The notes beneath the pieces were generated by a model, which did no database searches, was not told the DNA's origin, and saw nothing but the letters and a program-made list of their open reading frames with translations. From positions 85,526 to 149,525 of the forward strand of contig JAAOMT010000495.1 of the NCBI GenBank assembly GCA_016748015.1: a DNA stretch of 64,000 nucleotides, read 5' to 3'. The stretch is from Geosiphon pyriformis uo1. Taxonomy: Eukaryota > Fungi > Glomeromycota. Below are positions 53,901-64,000 of this stretch, piece by piece. Within the stretch, counting starts at the first letter, position 1. Each line of letters opens with the position of its first letter. The position numbers and the translations under genes were made by a program.

Positions 53901-55004
53901 TGAGGATTTTAGGAGGTAAAAGAGAAAGAAGTTTTTTTAGCTATTATTTTAATATATTCAATAGTTATTTTTTTTAAATTTTGTATTTTTTATTTTATTT
54001 TTATTTTTTACTTAGATATTAATATGTAATTTTAATTTTTTTTGAAATTTAGTAATAAAAAAAAATATATTTTAATTAATATATAGCTTTATTAATAGTT
54101 TTTTAAATAAACTATATAAAAAAATATTTTTTAATTATTTAAAACTTGTAATTATTAATTAATAATAATAATTTTTTTAAAATTTTTAAACTATTTTATT
54201 AAATCTTAAGAATTTTTTTAAACAAAAATAAAAAACTTAAATTTTAGCAATTAAAATAGTTTAAATAATTTAAAAAATAAGTAATATATTTACTTTACCA
54301 AAAACTATAATAGATATTAGTATTTGAAATAAAAAATTTAAATTACTTAACAAAAAATCAAATATAAATATAGTTTAATAGCTTTTTTTATTTTTAATTT
54401 CTATAAAAGTTTTAATTGTTTAATAAACAGTTATTTAGTTGTAAATTTGTTGATCTAAGATTTTAAATTCAAAAAAAATAATTAAAAATAATTAAAAATA
54501 TTAATTAATTAATATAATTGCTTTTTGCTTTAAATTTTTTCTTAAAATATGTTTAATTAAAGAGTAAACAATATATATTAAATAAGTTTTAACTAAATAA
54601 TTAATTAAAACTGTTAATTAAACTGTTTTTTAACTAAAAAACAAATAAAACAAAATAAAAAAGCATTAAGTTTAATATAAATTAAATTGTTTTAATTATA
54701 AACTATAAATAATTTTAGATTTTTGTATTAAAAAAAAGTAATTATCTATACAATAATAAATTAATTAAAAATTTAAAAATCTTAATAAAACACTATATTT
54801 ATGTTATAATTAAATATAAAATATTAATAGATAGCAAAAAAACAATATTATATAATAATAAAAATAATAATAATAATTTAATTTTTAATAAGCAAATTAA
54901 ATTAATAAAAATTCAATATATAAAATTAGTTTTATAAATATTTTAATTACTATTTTTTCAAAAGATAATAAAAAAATTTAGAAATAAAAAATAATTTATA
55001 TTAT

Positions 55005-56640
55005 TTATTATTATTATTATTATTTAACAAATAAGACTCAAATATTATTTAACATAATATATTAAATTAAATAATCTAAATAAGACATAAATTATACATT
55101 TTTTATATATAACTAGTTATTTAAGTCAACTAAAACAACATTATAAATCTATTTTAATAGAAACATTATACTTAATTCTAAAAAAAAAAACATAAAACTT
55201 ATACATATTAAAACTAATACTATATATTTTCATAATTTTAAATAACTTAACAACATTGTTAAAAAACAAAGATACCAAATTATATATTATTAAAAACATA
55301 AAAGTATTATGAAAAATTAGACTTTTTTTTTTAAAACTGTTTTATATTAAGACTGTACTAATCATATTTTTTTATAATAAGTTATATACAAATTATACAC
55401 AAAACTAATAATTTTTTTGACAGTAATTTGAAAACAACCAAAAATAAACAAAGTCTCTAAATATTATTTCTTAAACACAATACTTTTATATAAAGCAGTA
55501 TAAATAATATTATTAAATATACATAAAAAGAACAACTATAAAACACAAAAAGATAACAAATTCAAATTCAAAAAAAATCTTATAGAATAACATACAACTT
55601 AATTAAATCTTAAAAAATAGTAAAATTTAATTTACAAGTAAAAAAATAATCAAAAAATCCTATTTTTTTGCAATAAAAATACAAAACATTAGAATATTTT
55701 CTGTTGTACAAATATTTACAAATAATAATAAGCAAGTGATAATACAAAGTTTTTATAAAATATAAATACAAATCAATAAATATTTTGTTAATAAAACCAA
55801 AAACCATATATAAATTAAGATATCAAACCAAAACATCTAATTTCAATTAATGTTTTTAATAATATTTGCATTTACAATACCAAAACTAGATTTAATCTTT
55901 TAATAAGCATATTAAATAGCTCTAAATATATTATAAATAAAATACTAAGTATTTTTAGACATTATATATTATTAGTTTTAATATACTTTTTATAAACATA
56001 AATAAAAAGTATTAAATCCAAGAAAAAACACAGACAGCCAGTTTATTAGCATATTTATTTTTCAAAACACTTAAATAATTTTTAACTTTAAACCAAGTAA
56101 TACCAAAATTTTTATCTTTAATAAAATTTATAATATTATGCTTTTCAAGTTAACAATAGTTCAAAAATTTGGTAAAATCATATTTAATTTAGCTAAATAA
56201 GCATTTAAAATAGCTTAATTATTTAAGTATATTATAACAGTATTAGAAACAAAAATAGATTTAAAAGCCAAAATAATTGCAAGTAATTTTGTCAATATAA
56301 ACAAAACCATATTATTAACTTTAATATTTATATCTAAATTTAAATTAATAAAAAATACAGTTGTACTATATTTTATTTTAATAATATTTAAATTAATATT
56401 AAAAAATGTTTTTTAATTACAGAGAAATTATTAAAACCATAAATATTTAAGAGACAGAAATTATCATTTAATTGCTATTTATTTAACAAAATATATTATC
56501 AACTAAAAATTCAAATGCTAACTTAAATTAAACAGAAACCAAATTTTTAAGATCAAGTCTTTTTCAATAATAAAAACTATTTTAATTAAAAACTAATTCT
56601 TATATTAATACTTTTAGAATTTAATATCAAATATTAATTA
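55005..56640 (-). mobile_element. Decayed LINE 3' portion (RNaseH, Zn finger, 3'UTR)
   Basis: (TAA)n tail, family 3'UTR remnant, ORF 55610-55807 CKYLYNRKYSNVLYFYCKK.. matches the RKCLYNRRYPSVLCLYC block. Confidence 0.75.
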
Positions 56641-59379
56641 TACTTTTTAATAAATATTTATTTAATTATATAAATTAAAAAATAAAAATAAAAATAAAAT
56701 AAAAATAAAAAAGTTAATATTATTGTATTAATTTTTGATTAAATAAATTTAATTTAAATATAAATAAATTTTTACAGTTTTAAAAAGTCTTACTTACATA
56801 TTTTTTAAAAAAATTAATAATTTAATTAAAATTAAAAAACTTTTTTTTACTTTTTATTTTATAATTACAACTAAAACAAAGAGTAAAAAAGTTTTAAACA
56901 TTACTTTTTCTATAGTAATTAATAAAGTTTTAACTAAAAAAGTCTTTTATTATTAAAGCAGCTAAGTAAAACGTTTTAATAATGTTTTTTTTAAATATTA
57001 ATAATAAAAAGCTATTTTTAATAGCTTCTAAAACATTTTTTTATCTTTGATTAGTGGTTTTTTTTTAGTTAAAATTTTTTCTAAAAATACACTTAAATTA
57101 GTTTTAGTATTGTTTTTACTCTTTTTAAGAACTTTAAAGTTTTTAATAACAGATTAGTTAACAAATTAATTTTTTCTGTTTTTATTACTAATATTATTAC
57201 TATTAATTTATTATTTTTTTATTAAGAAGTTTTACGAGTGCAGTCCAACCACTACTATTAATTTACAAATATTTAAAAAAGCCAAAGAATTAAAAAAACA
57301 ATAGTAGTTATTTGTATTTATTATTATTATACTAAATCTTTTTTTGGTTCTAAATAAAATTTTGGATAAGATTTTTTTGGCAAAAATTAGTTTTTTTTCT
57401 AATGTAAATAATAATAATGATAATACATTTTCTAAAATAAACCAAGATTAATTATTAATTATATTGTTAAATATAGTGTTTTCTAATAGATTATTGCTAA
57501 TTCTGAAAGCAAAACAACTTATTGAATTATCTAATTTTAAGAATTAAATTGATCAAATAAAAACTAAATTAATTTTTGCTTTTTTGTTTTTCGGTACTGT
57601 TTTTAATAATAATTAAAAAACAATTTTCAGTCATTAAAAATTTTTTGAATAAATGGTCTTTATTTTAATATTTAGTACTACTTTTAAAATCAAATTGGTT
57701 TTAGTTAATTTTTTGTTTCATTTACTGTCTGGCTTTATTGAGTTTAAGTCGGTTTTTAAAAACAATATTAAATGGTTTTGTGTAAATTTTGCTTTTAAAA
57801 GTTTTTTAATTGCTGCTATTAAAGTTTTTATTGGTAGTTTTTTCTTTTTAACCACATTTAAAATTGCAAAATTTTTTGTAATGGCTTTTGGTCTTTTTTT
57901 TACTTTTATTATACTTTGTAATATTCTTCTTAATATATTTTCTGATAATATAAAAAATATTCTTGGTGTTTTTGTTGTTGTTACTTTTATTAAGTTAAAA
58001 TCTGTTAGTTTGTAATAATATACTATTATTAATTTTAAGAACTTTTTATTTGCTGCTGCTGTTTTTAGTAATTAATTTGTACTGATTAAAAAAAATAATG
58101 TATAGATTTTTTTTCTTAATTAAAAAAAAATTATCATCTTGAAAGATTTTTTTAAGACCAAATTGATCAATTTTTTTTGGCTATATTGCTTATAAAATTA
58201 GAAATATAATTTTTTAGATTAATAATTATACTTATTTTATTTTTTATTTTCTGAATTTTTATTATTATTAACACTTTGTTGTTGTTAGTTTTAAGTTTAA
58301 AAAAATGTTAAAACTTATTATAGCAAAAACTAATACTTTGTACAAATGTTGTATCTGGTAAAAAACTTTTGAATACTATTATTATTATTATAAATATTAG
58401 AATTTGAACTATTTATTTGTTAATTGTAAAATGTCTTTTCTTTTTTTTCAAGTTGTTTTTAAGATCTGTTATTGGCTTTTAGTTTTTTATATCTTTTGTT
58501 ATTAATAGTAAATATTATGCTATGACTTTTGTTTTTTTGATTTTTTTTTGCTATTCTTTTAACTGCTTCTACTACTAATTTTGTTATTAAGTTTAAATTA
58601 GATTTTTTGAAATCTTAGATTGCAAATTTGGCTGTTTTAGTAAAGTTTATTAGTAAACCTATTGGTTTTTAATTGCTTTAATTACTCTTTGATATCAAAA
58701 AATATGCACAAAAGTTACAAAATTGAAAAAAATTTACTTACTATATTTAATATTTTATAAGGCTTTGTTTTTTTTTTAACTAGTCTGTTTAAAAACTTTG
58801 CCAGTCTTAAAGCTAAAATTAAATTTAATAACATAAATAATAATAATTAAGTGTTGTCAAAGCATATTTTTTAAGTAAAAAAACATGTAATTATATAGTA
58901 GCTTTATAATAAATACAAGATTTTAATATTAAAAATAGTATTAAAAAAACTAGATTGTTTTTAAGTAAATTTATTTTTGATTTTAGAAATTAAAATAGTA
59001 TTATTAAAAAATTTGATAAACAGAATTTATATTTAACTTTTTTTGGTTTAACTTAGTTAATGCTTTGACTGATTCAGATAATTAATTATATGTAAAAAAT
59101 ACATAATTAATATCTAATTTAAGTTATTTAATTTGGCATATTGTATTAAATAGTTTTTAGACACATTTTATTAAAACATTAATAAAAAAATAAAAAATAT
59201 TTTTTTACAATAATAATTTTAATAATTACAATATTTAAATTTTAAAAATTAAATATAATAATTGCATATTGCAATAATTAAAAAAAAATAAAAAAAATAA
59301 AAACAAAATAAATATAATTATAAATTTAAAAAATCAACTTATTAATTTTAAAAATTATATAACAAAAAAAATCAATTAA

Positions 59380-62300
59380 CTTAATCTTAAATTTATTACA
59401 AATAATAATAATATTTTTTAATTAATAATTTAAAACTTAATAATAAGATTATTGGCTTATTAGATATTTTTAATAAACTATAAAGTAATACAAAGATTAT
59501 AAATTGTTTTTTAATTATATTAAATTCTTGCTTAGATATTAGTATAATTTTTGCTTTGTAAAAAATAGTTAAGATATCTATAATTCTAAAGTTTTATAAA
59601 TAAAAAAGTGTATTAATTAATATTAAATTAATAGTTTTAATAAAAACAACCAGAAAAATTTTTTTTAAACCAGATTTTTTCTGTTTATAGCAAGTTTAAT
59701 ATCTTTTTTGAAAACAATTTTTCAGTGTTAAAGAGTATATTAACTTAATTTTCTGTGTTTGCAGTAAGCTTAATTATTAAAAATATTTTTAAAAAAAAAT
59801 AAGAAGTTGTAATTAGTCTTATAAAACATGTACAAAATATATAATTTAATTGGTTAACACTATTTAAAAATTAGCCTAAAATACATCAAAATATATAAAC
59901 AGTTTATCAATTTTTTTGGCAGCATATATCAGGATAAAATCAACAAAATAATGACAAATATTGGGTTTTTAGATAACTATTGTGTATATAATAGATTGAA
60001 TTAAGACAAAATTTTTTTATTTTTTTTTTGAAAAATTTTTTACAATTTTTTTTTATATATGGTTAAAAAATAAACACATTTGTGTAATTATTAACTAAAT
60101 ATTAAATTTGTAATCAATACTGACAGAATAAAAAACAATAGAAAAAAGATATTATTTTTTGCAATTAGAACTTTTATTAATAATACTATTTGAAGAAAAA
60201 ACAGTCAAACTTTTATTTAATATATTTTAAATATTGCTAATAAGTTTTTTAAAATCAATAATATTTTAATAAATAATAATAAGACTATGACCATTTTTAT
60301 CAACTGAAAAGTGAAAAATGTTTTATTAAAAATTAGTAAAAATTTTATATCAATTGCAAAAAAGAATAAATTATATCAATACTTAGGTATTTTTTTTATT
60401 AAAAATTTATTTAAGTTTAGTTTAACTAAAACTCATTTTAATATTAGGTTTTTTGCAAATATGGTTCTAAGAAAAGCAATTTTAGATAAACAGTTTTATT
60501 ACTTAATTTTAGTAATTTTGGATCACATAATTAATTATTGTATACAGTTTAATTTAGTTTTGCTTAATATTTACCACAAGTAGAATATTATAATTAAAAA
60601 AAAATTAAAGCTAAAAACAAAATTATCTAAAAACTTTTTAAATAAGACATTATATTATTTATTATTATATAACTTGAAATTTTTTAAGTAATTACAAGCT
60701 AAAAATAAAATGGTTTTAATAGTTATGTTTACAAATTCTAAAGATGTTCTTAGCTGTTTTTTTGATTTTGATTTTTTGAATTTACAGACTTTAAGCTAAA
60801 TTTCAGTCAATTTTTTATAATATTTTGTTAAATTAAAAGTTAGTTCTATAAATAACTTTTTTATTAAAGTGGTAAAAGTGTTTTTGGTTAATAAGTTTTT
60901 ATTGGCAAACAACTTACTGAATGTTTTTTGCAATCTGATGAAATTTTTAATGTTTAATATCTTAAAAAAAATAGTTTATTTTAAGATAATACAATTTTTA
61001 AGATGTTTTAATGTTGCTTTTAATGACTAACTTCTAAATAAACATGATGTATTAATGTTTTAAAAACTTTTTATTATTAAAAAAAACTAAATTCAAAAAA
61101 TTCTGTTTTATTATGATTTATTATAATATTTAGTTTTTTAAGAAATAAGTTATTTGATACTAAGTATAAAATTGTTGTTTTTAGTTTTTTGTCCTATAAT
61201 GTTTTAAAATTATATGATTTTAAGTTAATAAAAGATTTTTTGCACAAAATTTGAACTGATATTTTTAATGTTTACATTAATAGCTTACTAAAAAATTTTG
61301 GTTTATCAGAAATAACTAAAGAAGTAATTGTGTACTTCTCAAATATAGACATAAATATTGGCTGTAGAATTTTTGAAATAATGTTTTCTATATTAGTTGA
61401 ATTTTAAACTATTGCTTTGGTTTTAAAATACATATTTTTTTTAATATTATGGTCTTATATCTAAATAGTTAAATAACTATTAATATATATATTTTAGAAT
61501 TCAATTTATTCAACTCAGATTTTTGCAATTGATATTGGATAAAGAGATATTATATTGCTAATTTAATAAGAAACAAAAATATTTTAGTAGTTTGGTCAAA
61601 AATTAAGAACTAGTGTTTTTGATAATAATTAAACTAATTAGTTGGTCGAAATAACTATCAGTTTTTCTTTGTTTTTTTTTATTGGAATTTTGGAAAAATA
61701 TTTAATGGTTAATAGATTAACAGTTTTTAATAATACATATTATTTTGTTTAAGATATTTACAAAAAAATTGCTTGTATATATTGGAAAGCAGAGTTTATT
61801 ACAAAAATTGTGATCAGTTATTCTATTTGTAATATTAATTGGATTTAGATGGCTTTGGTTTGACATTCTGATTTTTATATGCTGACTGGTTTCACTAGTT
61901 AAATTATGGCTGGTTTTAGAACTTATATAATAAAAACTATTCACAAAAAACTTCTAATTATTGTTTAAAAGAGACTATATAACAAGTTATACTTGAATGT
62001 TTTCTGTTTATTTTGTAGAAAATAGAATTTTTTGATTATTTATTTATATGTTCAAGTAATATAAACTGATAAAAAAAATTTAATTATAAATTATATCAAG
62101 TTTTAAAAATCTTTAATTGGTAGAAAAGCACTTATGTTTTTTTTTTGTATTATAGTTTTTTTTTTGTCTTTTAGATATTAAATTGTATATAGTATTTTGT
62201 AAAAATTTTGTTTTAAGAAATTGGTTTAAGAATGTTTTAATAATATATAACAATAAAAAAAATGTGATTTTCATATTAATATCTTTTTTTTATTAATTAA

Positions 62301-62605
62301 TTAAATACTATTATTATAATATATGGTCAATTTAAATTAAGCTTAAGTTAAAAACAAAAAAAACCAAATTAATAAGTAATAATAGTATAGTATCAAAAGT
62401 AGTTAATATATTTTGTTCTATATATTTTATTTTGATATTAATAATAGTTTGATTGTATATATAAATGTTTTATGTTGTCTAAATTAGTCTAAATAATTAG
62501 TTATATATAACAAAAGTGTAAATTGTATTTAGTTAAAATTATTTAGTTTAATTTTATATATTAGATAAAAGTTAGACTGTATTTATAAAATATAATAAAA
62601 AAATA
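59380..62605 (+). mobile_element. Decayed LINE ORF2 (RT-RNaseH) and 3'UTR
   Basis: NNFSVLKSI block near 59715, YLGIF..FSLTKTH..VLRKAILDKQF (ORF 60311), 3'UTR remnant and A-tail near 62600. Confidence 0.85.
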
Positions 62606-64000
62606 AATTTTAATATTATTTTTAATTATTAAAATTAACTAATAATTAAAAACAATTATAATTGTATTAAAATACTTAAAATAAATAATAATATATTTAA
62701 TACTAATAAACTTTAATATAATTTAAAAATTTTTATTAAAAATACCAAAAATATTTTTAATATTAATAATAATAATATTTTTGAATATATTTAATATAAT
62801 AATAGTAACATAAAAAAAAACAAACTTAAAAATTACTAAAAATTTAACAATTTTAAAAATAAAAAAATAAATAAAACTATTAAGTTCATTTAAAAAAACA
62901 GTATTTTAAAATTAATATTGTTCTTAAATATAAATTTTATATTAATAAAATTATATATAAATTAAAAAACAGTTTTAATAAGAATTAATTTAATCTTAAT
63001 AAAATATTAAATATTAAAATAAAAATTATTTACTTAAAAAAATTTTAGCAATTAATAATTATTTTTTAAGTATTATTAAAAACAATATTATTAAAAAATA
63101 AAAGAAAAAAATAAATTTAATTTTTATTTAATTAATTTAATTCTTAAAATTAGATAATTTAATATATAAATTAATTAAAATCACATGTAAAAACATGATT
63201 TGTTTTATTTTTAAAACTGGCAAAAATTAAATAAAAACTAATATATTAAGTAATATAATTAAGAGCCAATTTAAACTAATATTGACTAATATGTTTTTAT
63301 TGTTATTGTTTAAAACAGAAAATTTTTTATTTTCAACCATAATAAAGCTAAATACTATAATTAATACAAATAATATAAAACTGGTAAAAAAATCAAAAAA
63401 TACAAAAAAAGTTAAATTTTAATTTTTACAAGTAAAAAAACTAGCAGCATTTCAAAAAAGTTGTTATTAAACAGCAAAAATTTGAAAAATTTGTTTTTTG
63501 ACTAATCTGGCTTTTTTAGTTATTTAAACAGTAATAAAAAGAAAAACAATATATAATATTTTACAAATAAATTATTTATTGTTTTTATGTTTAATTTTAA
63601 AATATAAAAATCATAATACATATTTATTTTTATTACAAAAAAATTTAAAATAATATTTTAATTTTAATTTTGTATTAATGTAAAAAAAATAATATTTTAA
63701 TGTATTTTTGTTTATTTTAATTTTTTTCTCTTTTTGCTGTTTTTGTATTCTGTAAATAAAAATATTTATGTAACAAAACTATAATAAGAAAGTTTATGCT
63801 TTTTAAAAATTAAAATTGTCAAAAAATCACAAATTTGCAAAAAAAAAGACATAATAGCAAATAAATAATCAAAACTTTTAAAACCATTTTGCAACTTATA
63901 AAGACTTAATACTGGTTGATACTTAAACTGATGTAATTGAGAAGTTTGTCAAGTTGGAAACTCCCAAAAAAAACAGCTGTTTTTGTTACCCAAGTTTTTT

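Larger units (their letters stand above)
39935..53941 (-). mobile_element. Youngest LINE, copy D (APE-RT-RNaseH), split by the gypsy insertion
   Basis: ORF1 53803-51963 (RRM-like VVIKKIP..KAVVEF, knuckle, coiled coils); ORF2 from 51966: NVRG/ETK/GDFN/IDY/TDH (APE), RPIALIE, NQG, FVDD (RT), YTDES/AEMQAI/SDSQ/HSGVIGNERAD (RNaseH), CLYC..H...C, stop at 40080; A/(TAA)n tail near 39940; several stops and frameshifts. Confidence 0.96.

Noticed and set aside
56850-58850. Slightly less AT-rich stretch including ORF 57653-58015
   Set aside because: Probably a decayed coding element, but I could not recover any diagnostic motif
63180-64000. Possible start of another element at the window end
   Set aside because: Too decayed and truncated to classify

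Overview
Eukaryotic genomic window with short introns. It is most consistent with an early-diverging fungus (Glomeromycotina, Geosiphon-like; inferred from gene style and the LINE family, not proven). Small islands of intact host genes, all on the minus strand (U1-70K, a CRAL-TRIO protein, CDP-DAG synthase, NDUFA5, plus a Myb/SANT-like gene cut by the window edge), sit among nested transposons. These include about eight copies of one APE-RT-RNaseH LINE family, ranging from near-intact to AT-only ghosts, and a Ty3/gypsy element carrying a dUTPase and an unknown Cys-rich domain, inserted in a LINE. There is also a solo LTR of the same gypsy family in another LINE, and a 4.3 kb pogo/Tigger element carrying captured gene fragments, one a TilS-like exon. 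The most striking signals are: (1) repeat-restricted C:G>T:A hypermutation in mostly non-CpG contexts (RIP-like); (2) a dense cluster of U1-snRNA-complementary 5' splice-site motifs just downstream of the U1-70K stop codon, a candidate autoregulatory element; (3) the dUTPase/Cys-rich gypsy; (4) the 'Pack-pogo'. The gypsy interior has five 20-N scaffold gaps and duplicated pieces, so its internal order is partly an assembly product.
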